Position numbers and translations under genes: made by a program. Positions 8,796 to 21,175 of a stretch of 64,000 nt of DNA are shown here, piece after piece. The stretch comes from Macrostomum lignano (lineage: Eukaryota). The first letter of the stretch is position 1. Every line of letters starts with the position of its first letter. The notes beneath the pieces were generated by a model. That model was not told the origin of the DNA. It saw only the letters and a list, made by a program, of their open reading frames with translations, and searched no databases. Location of the stretch: positions 248,001 to 312,000 of the forward strand of contig NIVC01000166.1 in assembly GCA_002269645.1 (NCBI GenBank), written 5' to 3'.

Positions 8796-11700
8796 TAGCG
8801 TCTGTTTGTCTGTATGTTCATATGTCTGTCCGTTCGTCTTAAAGATCGTTCATACCGACTATATGTACGTCATTCTTAGTGTTTGTGTGTCTTTCTACGT
8901 GTCTGCGTCTGTGCGTGTGTCTGTCCGTCTATCCGTCTGTCTGTCAGCCGAAGTGAATCACAATTGCTGTACAGAATCACAAGAAAATTGCCGCGTGGTC
9001 AAGCAACCATCGGCCTGCATTTGATGACGTTCACTTGTTAGAGTCTCTTGGTCTGATTTGCCACCAACTTCCCACTTTCACCGTCTAAACTTGTGCACAG
9101 ATGTGCGCTGCAATGCAACGGTAACAACTACGGTAACAACCACAGCGCCCGTGTCTGCGACAACAGAGCCGGGATTAACAGACGGCGAAATAGTGGTGAT
9201 TGTGATTTGCATTACTATCGCTGTCGCGGGCTTTCTAATTGTGATATTGATTTTCTGCAAAGTCATTCCTGTACCAGAGTCATGCACTCTGTGCGTTGAT
9301 AGTTGCCGCAGCTCCTGCAATTGCCAGTGCGAATGCTGCCAATGCGAATGCTGCCAATGCGAATACTGCCAGTGCGAGTGCGAATGCCTCAGATCGGTAA
9401 GTGCAGAATGCATTCTGTAGTGAATCTGAATGCACTCTGTAGTGAATCTGAATGCACTCTGTAGTGAATCTGAATGCATTCTGTAGTGAATCTGAATGCA
9501 CTCTGTAGTGAATCTGAATGCACTCTGTAGTGAATCTGAATGCATTCTGTGGGAATCTGAATGCACTCTGTAGTGAATCTGAATGCACTCTGTAGTGAAT
9601 CCGAATGCACTCTGTAGTGAATCTGAATGCACTCTGTAGTGAATCTGAATGCATTCTGTAGTGAATCTGAATGCACTCTGTAGTGAATCTGAATGCACTC
9701 TGTAGTGAATCTGAATGCACTCTGTAGTGAATATGAATTCACTCTGTAGTGAATATGAATTCACTCTGTAGTGAATATGAATTCACTCTGTAGTGAATCT
9801 GAATGCACTCTGTAGTGAATCTGAATTCACTCTGTAGTGAATATGAATGCACTCTGTAGTGAATCTGAATTCACTCTGTAGTGAATCTGAATGCACTCTG
9901 TAGTGAATCTGAATGCACTCTGTAGTGAATCTGAATTCACTCTGTAGTGAATATAAATTCACTCTGTAGTGAATCTGAATGCACTCTGTAGTGAATCTGA
10001 ATGCACTCTGTAGTGAATCTGAATTCACTCTGTAGTGAATCTGAATGCACTCTGTAGTGAATCTGAATGCACTCTGTAGTGAATCCGAATGCACTCTGTA
10101 GTGAATCTGAATGCATTCTGTAGTGAATCTGAATGCACTCTGTAGTGAATCTGAATGCACTCTGTAGTGAATCTGAATGCATTCTGTAGTGAATCTGAAT
10201 GCACTCTGTAGTGAATCTGAATGCACTCTGTAGTGAATCTGAATGCATTCTGTAGTGAATCTGAATGCATTCTGTAGTGAATCTGAATGCACTCTGTAGA
10301 GAACCCGAATGCACTGTGTAGAGAATCTGAATGCACTCTGTAGTGAATCTGAATGCATTCTGTAGTGAATCTGAATGCACTCTGTAGAGAACCCGAATGC
10401 ACTGTGTAGAGAATCTGAATGCACTCTGTAGTGAATCTGAATGCACTCTGTAGTGAATCTGAATGCACTCTGTAGAGAACCCGAATGCACTCTGTAGTGA
10501 ATCTGAATGCACTCTGTAGTGAATATGAATGCACTCTGTAGTGAATATGAATTCACTCTGTAGTGAATCTGAATTCACTCTGTAGTGAATCCGAATGCAC
10601 TCTGTAGTGAATCTGAATTCACTCTGTAGTGAATCTGAATGCATTCTGTAGTGAATCTGAATGCATTCTGTAGTGAATCTGAATGCACTCTGTAGAGAAC
10701 CCGAATGCACTGTGTAGAGAATCTGAATGCACTCTGTAGTGAATCTGAATGCATTCTGTAGTGAATCTGAATGCACTCTGTAGAGAACCCGAATGCACTG
10801 TGTAGAGAATCTGAATGCACTCTGTAGTGAATCTGAATGCACTCTGTAGTGAATCTGAATGCACTCTGTAGAGAACCCGAATGCACTCTGTAGAGAACCC
10901 GAATGCACTGTGTAGAGAATCAGATTCAAACTTGGTTCTCAAAATTTGAACCACCAACCGCAATTTCAGGAAGTCGGCCCCGCGGAATCCTAATTAAACA
11001 AAAATTGTACTCTTGAAACATTGACAGCAGACTCTTCTTGAACTGATTATTGCTCGTTTACAATAACTTCGCATATAAATTGGATCTTAAAAAAATAGGA
11101 TTTGAAATCCTAAGCTCAATTTATGTTCCTATAGTTTGGCCTACTGTTTAGGCTGACTGTCTACTTATGATTTTTTAAAGATGTGCGCATGCGAAAAATA
11201 CAGATTTTCTGAGTTTCTTTTTCCATACTTTTTTCACAGTCACTTTGTTCCTTAACGAAACTTATTGCGCTTTTTTTTCCAACTTTCAAACAGACATTAG
11301 TGCCCGTCTGTCCGTTTGTCTGTCTCAGTGCCTGTGTCTGTCTGTCTGTCTGGCTGTCTGTTTTAATGTCTTAGTGTCTGTCTGTTTTTCTACCTGCTCC
11401 AGTTTTGAAGTCGACCCGCTAAAAGTTGCAATGCGAAAAATGATTACTGAACTTACTGAATGCCCAAATTGTGATGAAGTTTCGGCAGCTTTTAAAAGAC
11501 TTTAAGACTTCAAAGACTTTTTTAAAAGACAATAAGCAATATTGTCAAGATGAGCCGGCTCTGCCGTACAGATACTAGTTCAGTTCCGCCAATCTTTCCC
11601 AGCGATCAGTGGGAGCACACTCAGGTGTGAGAACAGCAACGCACAGACGGCACTCACCAGCTTGTCAGCCCAGGACTCCGGGCAGACTTTGAGCCCGATT

Positions 11701-14700
11701 CCGCCAGGGGCCACGGGTGTCCTGCTCAGCTCGATGATGTTGAGCACTCGCATATCCGGCCGGGTCTGCGCGTACTGCACGAACCAGGCGTGCAGGTGGC
11801 TGAGCACGTTGCAGCTGCCATCGAATACGTACCTGGCCTCCTCGGACAGGCAGAGCTGGCGGAGCGGCCGCCAGTAAATTCTGCTCACGTTCACCGCCTG
11901 CGGGTGGCGGATGGACCGGGGCGAGTGTGAAAGGGGAATCCCAAAAATGGCAAATATATCATTTCAAACTGAAGAAAATTTTATACCTAGCGGAAAGGAG
12001 AATGTCAAAAGCTAATAAAAGGGGATTCTAAAATTCACGGAAAGGGGGAATTCTCAACCTGCTAAAAGGGTTATCCACAAACTCGCGGTAAGGATGGAAA
12101 GAGTAAAATCCATCCCCAAAAGGAAAAATAGGAATCTTAATCTGCTGGAAATGAAAATTCTAAACCTTGCAGGAAAGGGTATCATAAATTTTACGAGAAT
12201 AGAATCCTAAGTCACAGAAAAAGGAATCCCAAACTCACGGAAAGGGGAATCCCAAGATCACGGGAAAAGGGAATCCCAAGCTTACGGAAAGGGGAATCCA
12301 AAGCTCACGGAAACGGGAATCTTAAGATCACGGAAAGGGGAATCCCAAACTCACGGATAGGGGAATCCCAAGCTTACGGAAGGGAGAATCCCAAGATCAC
12401 GGAAAGGTGAATCCAAAGCTCACGGAAACGGGAATCTTAAGATCACGGAAAGGGGAATCCCAAACTCACGGAAAGGGGAATCCAAAGCTCACGGAAAAAG
12501 GGAATCCCAAGCTCACGGAAAGGGGAATCCTAAGATCACGGAAAGGGGAATCCTAAACACACGGAAAGGGGAATCCTAAGATCACGGAAAGGGGAATCCT
12601 AAACCTATGAAAAGGAAATTCCAAACTTAAGTAAATGAGAATTAACAAACAAACAAGAGTATTAAAGCTAACATATATCGCAGAATAATTTTCTCACCTT
12701 GCTGCGCCCCAGATGCGGCACTGCAATGAACACAACGCCGCGAATGCTAGCCAGCAATCTCTTTCTAAGCCGATCTTCGCTCGAATTCAACACCTGCATC
12801 ATCTGCTTGACGATGAGGCCGCCGAATGAGTGACAGACGAAGGCGGTCATGCGGTTGCCGACCCCGGCCGCCAGCAGCTGGTTGGCGGCTTCGTTGGCTC
12901 GGCGGGGCAGAAGGCCGGACGAGTCGCCGGTCTGGCGGCAGCCGCGCCACTTCATGGCGGCGATTTTCATGTTCAGCGCTGCGGGTGTTCGGGCAGGATT
13001 AGCGTTATTGCTTGAGACCAGGACTTAATAAGGGCTACTCAATGTATCTATATAAGGCCCTCCAATCAATCAGTAAATCAATCGAAACATGGGTGTCAAG
13101 CAAAGTAATAAATCAACTAAAGGTGTTAAACCAATAAACCAATCAATCAATCACAGATGTAAACTAATCAATCAAACACAGGTGTCAAAACAAGCAATCA
13201 ATCAAACACAGGTGTCAAATCAATCAAACACAGGTGTCAAATCAATCAAACACAGGTGTCAAATCAATCAAACACAGGTGTCAAACCAAATAATCAATTA
13301 GAAGTGTAAAACAAATCAACCAAACACAGGTGTCAAATCAATCAATCAAACACGTGCCAAGCCAATTAATCAATCAATTAAACACAGGTGTCAAACCAAT
13401 CAATCAATCAAACACAGGTGTCAAATCAATCAAACACAGGTGTCAAACCAATCAATCAATTAGAAGTGTAAAACAAATCAACCAAACACAGGTGTCAAAT
13501 CAATCAATCAAACACGTGCCAAGCCAATTAATCAATCAATTAAACACAGGTGTCAAACCAATCAATCAATCAAACACAGGTGTCAAATCAATCAAACACA
13601 GGTGTCAAACCAATCAATCAATCAAACACAGGTGTCTAATAAATCATTCAAATAATTGTCACATGAATCAATCAAACACAGGTGCCAAACCAATCAATTT
13701 AGAGCACAGCTGCCCTACCCAGCACCCGAGCTCTGGGCATGTCCTCGGCCAGCCAATCTCTCGGCCAACATTCCGTCACTTGAGGCGCGTCATTCTCGCT
13801 ATTAGAGTCGGACTTAACCGCGGCTGTCCGCCCAGCCTCCGAAGCCGATGAAGCCGGACAGTCGCCCTGTTTCCACGTGTAGAACACGCTGCCCAGCATG
13901 CCATTAATAAAGACTACATCGATACAGGGGGTGGCCAGAAACGGCTTAGCCAACTCGTACACGTCCGGCTGGTAGATGCAATGCGGCCGGTAGGAACTGT
14001 CAGTTGCCAGGGCGTTCAGCAGGGCGTAGGTGGACAGATTCGCACAGATCTTCCTGCCGCACAGGCCCAGCGCCAGACAGGAGCTCTCTGACCAGCCATC
14101 AACGAGATTGCACACGAAGCTGTCACTGGAGAACATGGAATAGGCGGCCCGGTGGCAGCTCAGGTTGGCCAAAGTTTTGGCTAAAATAATTTCGCAAGCC
14201 GGCGGCATGTCATAAAAATTCGCGCAGATCGCCAGCGGCAGCAGGCGGCAGAAAACTTCGTCAGAAACCAGGCGGATGGCCGAATCCAGGCACCTGCGGG
14301 TGGGAGTTTATATCAATTCTAACACTAGTATAAGCGGCGCACGGCTGCCAATGCATGTAAGAATCGCCCCTGATCCACCCAGTAAGAATCGCCCCTGATC
14401 CACCCAGTAAGAATCGCCCCTGATCCACCCAATAGGAATCGCCCCTGATCCACCCAGTAAGAATCGCCCCTGATCCACCCAGTAAGAATCGCCCCTGATC
14501 CACCCAATAGGAATCGCCCCTAATCCATACAATAAGAATCGCCCCTGATCCACCCAGTAAGAATCGCCCCTGATCCACCCAGTAAGAATCGCCCCTGATC
14601 CACCCAATAGGAATCGCCCCTGATCCACCCAGTAAGAATCGCCCCTAATCCATACAATAAGAATCGCCCCTAATCCACCCCTAACAACACCCCTGACTGC

Positions 14701-15929
14701 CGCAACGAACCTAGTCGCGGACTGCAGCCGTTTGAGCAGCTTGAGCATGAGCAGCATACACCGGCGTCGCTTCTGCAACACCTGACGCTCCGTCATTGGC
14801 CTGAAGCCGGGCAACATTCCGCCGCCGCCGCCGCCACCGCCAACGCCGGGGATGCTCAGCGCCGACAGCCGGCTGGCGGTGAACCTCGGCAAAACCTCCG
14901 GCTGAGGAGGCGACTCGCCTGGAGCCAAGCTGAGCAGCAGTTCCACACGGTTGTGCAGCCACTCCAAGCTGCTGGCCAGGACGGCCTCGGAGTCTTCATC
15001 TCTGAGGTTGATGCGGACTGTCTGCACGCTGACCTGCGACCTGCGGCGGCTGAGGATGGGGAGGCAGGGACAAGTTTTCAATTGCGATTCCAATTGGCGA
15101 TTTTTCAATTGCGATTCCAATTGGCGATTTTTCAATTGCGATTCTCATTGGCGATTTTTAGATGGTGATTTCTTAAGGGTGATTCTCATTGGCGATTTTT
15201 AGATGGTGATTTCTTAAGGGTGATTCTCATTGGCAATTTTTCGATAGCGATTTCTCGATGGCGATTTCTTAAGGGCGATTCTCATTGGCGATTTTTAGAT
15301 GGTGATTTCTTAAGGGTGATTCTCATTGGCGACTTTTAGATGGTGATTTCTTAAGGGCGATTCTCATTGGCAATTTTTCGATAGCGATTTCTCGACGGCG
15401 ATTTCTTAAGGGCGATTCTCATTGGCGATTTTTAGATGGTGATTTCTTAAGGGCGATTCTCATTGGCAATTTTTCGATAGCGATTTCTCGATGGCGATTT
15501 CTTAAGGGCGATTCTCATTGGCAATTTTTCGATAGCGATTTCTCGATGGCGATTTCTTAAGGGCGATTCTCATTGGCGATTTTTAGATGGTGATTTCTTA
15601 AGGGTGATTCTCATTGGCGATTTTGCGATAGCGATTTCTCGATGGCGATTTCTTAAGGGCGATTCTCATTAACGATTTTTCAAGCGCGATTTTAGGCAAT
15701 TTTTCCAAAGCGATTCCGAGGCAGTTTTTAAGCAGACCCAGGTTAAACACGAGCGATGCTGTAGTACTAGCTAAAAACGCATCTAGGCTTGATTAAAAGC
15801 AGTCAAATCTCTCACCTTGTACTGCTGCATAGTCCGCAAGCCCCTGACATTTGCGGCGGCAGTCGACAAGCCGACAACGGGCCTAGGACGGCTGCAATTG
15901 TAAGTGAAGGTAATCATCTTGACAACATG
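6597..15929 (-). CDS. SERAC1: SERAC1 (serine active site-containing 1, lipase-like); inferred exons ~15818-15929, 14711-15033, 13719-14293, 12698-12978, 11658-11897, 6597-7021
   Basis: DVVFINGMLGSVFYTW, CWPRDWLAEDMP, the nucleophile motif CHSFGGLIVK, GVVFIAVPHLG and DHIQICKP occur in SERAC1 order. GT/AG sites are phase-compatible. The two 5' exons are less certain. Confidence 0.88.
7040..7510. repeat. ~20-bp minisatellite (GGCTTTCAGGTGGGTAATATT/GCA) in the last SERAC1 intron
   Basis: Tandem copies start next to the acceptor at 7021. Confidence 0.9.
8307..10993 (+). CDS. Signal peptide-2xEGF-Thr-rich stalk-TM-Cys-rich tail protein nested in a SERAC1 intron; exons 8307-8382, 8470-8724, 9101-9396, possible last exon 10970-10993
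   Basis: Hydrophobic N-terminus (MQAASGIIANLALIGLCLLAF). Two EGF patterns (CDNGGTC...CLCPLPYIAPNC and CQNNGTC...CSCPDGFTG-DVRC). TM segment IVVIVICITIAVAGFLIVILIFC, then CQCEC repeats. Exon phases 1/1/0 are consistent. The last exon (EVGPAES*) is tentative. Confidence 0.8.
9405..10925. repeat. 22-bp minisatellite (TGAATCTGAATGCACTCTGTAG), ~1.5 kb
   Basis: Tens of near-identical tandem copies. They account for the repetitive ORFs in the track. Confidence 0.95.
12200..12620. repeat. ~23-bp minisatellite (GGAAAGGGGAATCCCAAGATCAC) in a SERAC1 intron
   Basis: Tandem copies visible. Confidence 0.9.
13080..13700. repeat. Minisatellite ATCAATCAAACACAGGTGTCAA in a SERAC1 intron
   Basis: Tandem copies visible, ending at the donor near 13719. 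Confidence 0.9.
14355..14680. repeat. 25-bp minisatellite (AAGAATCGCCCCTGATCCACCCAGT) in a SERAC1 intron
   Basis: Tandem copies visible. Confidence 0.9.
15075..15720. repeat. Composite minisatellite (GCGATTCTCATTGGCGATTTTTAGATGGTGATTTCTTAAGG) in a SERAC1 intron
   Basis: Tandem copies visible. Confidence 0.9.
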
Positions 15930-16019
15930 CACACTGCAGAGCTGCTCTGGGATTGCAACGGAGATTGTTGAACTTTGTACGCAATAAATTGTAGTTTAAT
16001 TAATGCTAGATATGGTGGA

Positions 16020-16650
16020 TTGCCTCAGGTGGTAGATGGTCTGATGGTAGATTGCCTCAGGTGGTAGATGGTCTGATGGTAGATTGCCTCAGGTGGTAGA
16101 TGGTCGAAGGTGGTAGATGGTCGAAGGTGGTAGATGTTCCCAGGTGGTAGATGGTCGAAGGTGGTAGATGGTCCCAGGTGGTAGATGGTAGATGTTCCCA
16201 GGTGGTAGATGGTCGAAGGTGGTAGATGGTCGAAGGTGGTAGATGGTCGAAGGTGGTAGATGGTCGAAGGTGGTAGATGTTCCCAGGTGGTAGATGGTCG
16301 AAGGTGGTAGATGGTCCCAGGTGGTACATGGTCCCAGATGGTAGACGGTCACAGGTGGTAGATGGTCCCAGGTGGTAGATGGTAGATGTTCCCAGGTGGT
16401 AGATGGTCGAAGGTGGTAGATGGTCCCAGGTGGTAGATGGTCGAAGGTGGTAGATGGTCGAAGGTGGTAGATGTTCCCAGGTGGTAGATGGTCGAAGGTG
16501 GTAGATGGTCCCAGGTGGTAGATGGTCCCAGATGGTAGACGGTCACAGGTGGTAGATGGTCTGATGGTCCCAGGTGGTAGATGGTAGACGGTCCCAGGTG
16601 GTAGATGGTCCCAGGTGGTAGATGGTCTGATGGTCCCAGGTATCAGATGG
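16020..16650. repeat. ~17-bp minisatellite (GGTGGTAGATGGTCGAA/CCCA) between RPA3 and SERAC1
   Basis: Tandem copies visible. Confidence 0.9.
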
Positions 16651-17005
16651 AGGGCAGGTCCTATAAAAGATCCAATCAATCAAATTAATCAAATAAGTCA
16701 AAGTGGAAGAGAATAACACGAAAACTTATCGAAATACGGAAGCAAATGCTTACTAGAAAAATTCAGACTAATTGTTAATTACCGAAAAGGATTAGCAACA
16801 GAATATAATTGACATTATTAATTATTTGAGTAAAATGCAGTATGTCTTAAATGCCCAAACAGGATTGTTATTAATAGTGAAGAATACGAGCGTAGTGATG
16901 GATTCGTTTCAAACCCCAAGTTACTGGTAAAAGTACAAAAATAAATTGAAGTTTTGCAATGGTCATTAGTTGGATATTGTTACTAAATATGAAATCGCCC
17001 TGCTA

Positions 17006-17307
17006 TCAAGGCTTAGTGTAATAGGCGTGACTGAACTTGTTGCAAATTTGCACGGCCTTGTTGTACATGTCCATGTCGAAGTTCTCAGAGCAGCCTCTGT
17101 CCAGCTGCACCAGGTGCTGCACTGAGACAGAGTTGTCGGACAGGGCGCTGCCAACCACCTCGACGAGGCTGCCCGGCTCGGCGTGGAACTCGCGAGACAG
17201 CTGGGCTTTCACCTGGCGGGAGGTGTTTCGGTGGATTTGGGTACTGTATGGGTTGGGTGTGCGTGTCGTGCGCTCTTGATTGTGTCTGTACTGCTGTGCT
17301 GATGGCT

Positions 17308-17393
<86 letters not shown>

Positions 17394-17395
17394 GG

Positions 17396-17457
<62 letters not shown>

Positions 17458-17459
17458 GG

Positions 17460-17515
<56 letters not shown>

Positions 17516-17655
17516 CAGACAGACAGACAGGAATACAGGTCAGTCAGTCAATAAGACACACAGACACACAGACAGACGGACAGACAGGCAGACAGAGGGA
17601 CAGACAGACGGACAGACAGACAGACAGAGGGACAGACGGACAGACAGACAGACGG

Positions 17656-17689
<34 letters not shown>

Positions 17690-17732
17690 AGGAATAAAGG
17701 TCAGTCAGTCAATAAGACACACAGACACACAG

Positions 17733-17766
<34 letters not shown>

Positions 17767-17771
17767 AGAAG

Positions 17772-17815
<44 letters not shown>

Positions 17816-17856
17816 GGCAGACAGACAGACAGACAGACAGACAGAGAGACACAGAC

Positions 17857-17899
<43 letters not shown>

Positions 17900-18100
17900 T
17901 ACAGGTCAGTTAGTCAATAAGACACACACCTGCACAGAGTCGGAAGCCTCAAGCAGCAGGCAGGTGGGGCTGGGACAGCTCACCACCCGGCCCAGCAGGC
18001 ACACGCAGGCGCCCTGGTGCTGGGCCAGCAGCCCGCCGTTGACCCGAGGCCGGGCCCTGGCCTCGTCGCTGGAGTCCACGTCCATCACGCTGGTGTTCAT
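17006..18100 (-). CDS. RPA3: Replication protein A 14-kDa subunit; exons 17930-18100 and 17006-17212 (~125 aa)
   Basis: [23 protein letters not shown] and LVEVVGSA...[12 protein letters not shown] match the RPA3 OB-fold pattern. Phase-0 GT/AG intron. Confidence 0.85.
17305..17925. repeat. (ACAG)n microsatellite filling the RPA3 intron
   Basis: Directly visible. Confidence 0.97.
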
Positions 18101-18189
18101 GGCGCTAGCTATGGGGTGAAAATAGCTGAAAATAATGGGGTAGAGAAACTTTAAAATGTTCTATGGCGATGTTTTGCATTACAGACAAT

Positions 18190-18790
18190 TCTCTAATCCA
18201 ACTGTCTATACTCTAATATCTCACTCTCTATTCTCCCATGTCACTGTCTATTCTCTTATCTCACTGTCTAGTATCTAATCTCACTGTCTATTTTCTAATC
18301 AAACTGCATATACTCTAATATCTCACTCTCTATTCTCCCATCTCACTGTCTATTTTCTTATCTCACTGTCTATTCTCCCATCTTACTGTCTATTCTCCTA
18401 TCTCACTGTCTATTCTCACATCTCACTGTCTGTTCTCATATCTCACTGTCTATTTTCTTATCTCACCGTCTATTCTCTTATCTCACTGTCTAGTATCTAA
18501 TCTCACCGTCTATTTTCTAATCCAACTGCCTATACTCTAATATCTAACTCTCTATTCTCCCATCTCACTGTATATTTTCTTATCTCACTGTCTATTCTCC
18601 CATCTTACTGTCTATTCTCCTATCTCACTGTCTATTCTCATATCTCACTGTCTAGTATCTTATCTCACTGTCTATTCTCTTATCTCACTGTCTATTATCT
18701 AATCTCATTGTCTAGTCTCTAATCTCTCCCTATTCTCTAATCTTATCCGTCAATCCTCATATCTCTCATCTCGCTTTTGTCTGTAATTTT
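18190..18790. repeat. ~20-bp degenerate minisatellite (TCTCACTGTCTATTCTCCCA)
   Basis: Tandem copies visible upstream of RPA3. Confidence 0.85.
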
Positions 18791-19244
18791 GTCTCTATTC
18801 CTATATCAAACCAGTTTAAATCGTTTCACGCCCAATACACATCAAGTCACAACTACAAAACATAAAAATAAATTTGATTACAAAAAATATTTCACAGCTT
18901 CTAATTTTTCAGTCTCACTTTAATTAAAGTTTGTGAATAGTGGCGCAGAGTGCAGAGATTTTTAAGCCACTGCGAGACTGCGCTTTAAATAGCAAAAACG
19001 AAGCAGACAATGGAATAAAACGCAGAAATATATTTTGGTGCGCTTGAAAGTCAGAACAGCAAGAATAATAGCCGCCTAGTAAACATTCTAGTAATAAAAT
19101 AGTGTTGACTAGATAGAGAAGTGGCGATTACCGAAGTGCTTTTTAACAGATAAGATAATAAAATTAAATATTGCTTTGCAGATAGATCTGATCGGGTTTG
19201 CTAAATTGCCTTGACGGGGGCTTGACACATGACTTAATAATAGA

Positions 19245-20115
19245 TTAATTATCCCCTGGATGGAATGGGGGACTGAGAGCCAATGAGTAATTATCCCCTG
19301 GGTGGAATGGGGGGACTGAGAGCCAATGAGTAATTATCCCCTGGATGGAATGGGGGACTGAGAGCCAATGAGTAATTATCCCCTGGGTGGAATGGGGGGA
19401 CTGAGAGCCAATGAGTAATTATCCCCTGGATGGAATGGGGGGACTGAGAGCCAATGAGTAATTATCCCCTGGGTGGAATGGGGGGACTGAGAGCCAATGA
19501 GTAATTATCCCCTGGATGGAATGGGGGACTGAGAGCCAATGAGTAATTATCACCTGGATGGAATGGGGGGACTGAGAGCCAATGAGTAATTATCACCTGG
19601 ATGGAATGGGGGGACTGAGAGCCAATGAGTAATTATCCCCTGGATGAAATGGAGGGACTGAGAGCCAATGAGTAATTATCCCCTGGATGGAATGGGGGAC
19701 TGAGAGCCAATGAGTAATTATCCCCTGGATGGAATGGGGGGACTGAGAGCCAATGAGTAATTATCCCCTGGATGGAATGGGGGGACTGAGAGCCAATAAG
19801 TAATTATGCCCTGGATGGAATGGGGGGACTGAGAGCCAATGAGTAATTATCCCCTGGATGGAATGGGGGACTGAGAGCCAATGAGCAATTATCCCCTGGA
19901 TGGAATGGGGGACTGAGAGCCAATGAGTAATTATCCCCTGGATGGAATGGGGGACTGAGAGCCAATGAGTAATTATCCCCTGGGTGGAATGGGGGGACTG
20001 AGAGCCAATGAGTAATTATCCCCTGGATGGAATGGGGGACTGAGAGCCAATGAGCAATTATCCCCTGGATGGAATGGGGGACTGAGAGCCAATGAGTAAT
20101 TATCACCTGGATGGA
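19245..20115. repeat. 41-42-bp minisatellite (AATTATCCCCTGGATGGAATGGGGGACTGAGAGCCAATGAGT), ~20 copies
   Basis: Highly homogeneous tandem copies. Confidence 0.95.
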
Positions 20116-20524
20116 GGAGTTGAATAGCCGGAAATTATAATTGCACACTATACATAAAACGCAGGCGCTTGAACAAAAAACTTAAGCATATAATCTATAG
20201 TGTTAATTATTCATTCATTACGAAGCAAAATTGTCTCGAAGGTCAAGGAATGGCGTCAGTGCTGCGTGTTTGTAACCTTTTATGCGGGCACCAATTGCTA
20301 AAAACAAGAAAATACACTGTCAAGAAGAAAATAGGCAACATAAAAACAAAAGCAGCTACTAATAAAGATATGAATAATTCGATTAACATAGCATTTTGTG
20401 GCCCACAGAAACAGGGTTGCTAGGGGACGGAAGAGTTGCTATTATTAGATTTTATTAAACTATTGTCAAGGCCAAATGCCAATTATAGAGATATGGGCAC
20501 AAGTATAGTAGGGGTTAGTGGGGC

Positions 20525-21175
20525 GCTGGTCGGGAACATGTACATTGAGGAATGAGTGGGGTGGTCGGGAGCGAGTGTACATTGAGGAATGAGTGGGGTG
20601 GTCGGGAGCGAGTGTACATTGAGGAATGAGTGGGGTGGTCGGGAGCGAATGTACATTGAGGAATGAATGGGGTGGTCGGGAGCGAATGTACATTGGGGAA
20701 TGAGTGGGGGTGGTTGGGAGCGAGTGCACATTAAGGAGTGAGTGGGGGCTGATCGGGAGCGAATGTACATTGAGGAATGAGTGGGGTGGTCGGGAGCGAG
20801 TGTACATTGGGGAATGAGTGGGGTGGTTGGGGACGAGCGTACTTAGGGGAATGAGTGGGGGTGGTTGGGAGCGAATGCACATTAAGGAGTGGGTGGGGGC
20901 TGATCGGGAAAGTGCACATTGAGGAGTGAGTGGGGTGGTCGCGAGGAGTGTACATCGGGGAATGAGTGGGGTGGCTGGGGACGAGCGTACATTGGGGAAT
21001 GAGTGGGGTGGTTGGGAGCGAGTGCACATTAAGGAATGAGTGGGGTGGTCGGGAGCGAGTGTACATTGGGGAATGAGTGGGGTGGTCGGGAGCGAGTGTA
21101 AATTGGGGAATGAGTGGGGTGGTCGCGAGGAGTGTACATTGGGGAATGAGTGTGGTGGTTGGGAGCAATTGTATA
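20525..21175. repeat. ~37-40-bp G-rich minisatellite (GTACATTGAGGAATGAGTGGGGTGGTCGGGAGCGAGT)
   Basis: Tandem copies visible. A looser array with a similar GTACATT core lies at ~28240-28530. Confidence 0.9.

Noticed and set aside
9078-10963. Long minus-strand ORFs (FRFTTECIQIHYRVHSDSLQSA)n
   Set aside because: Stop-free translations of the 22-bp minisatellite in all three frames.
11403-11505. Possible last exon of the EGF gene (FEVDPLKVAMRK...)
   Set aside because: It needs a phase-1 acceptor, but the preceding exon ends in phase 0. Not linked without an unseen intervening exon.
13089-16679. Repetitive ORFs (NQSIKHRC, WIRGDSY, STIYHL types)
   Set aside because: Translations of intronic or intergenic minisatellites.
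17085-17900. ORFs of (SVCL)n and (RQTD)n
   Set aside because: ACAG microsatellite artefacts.
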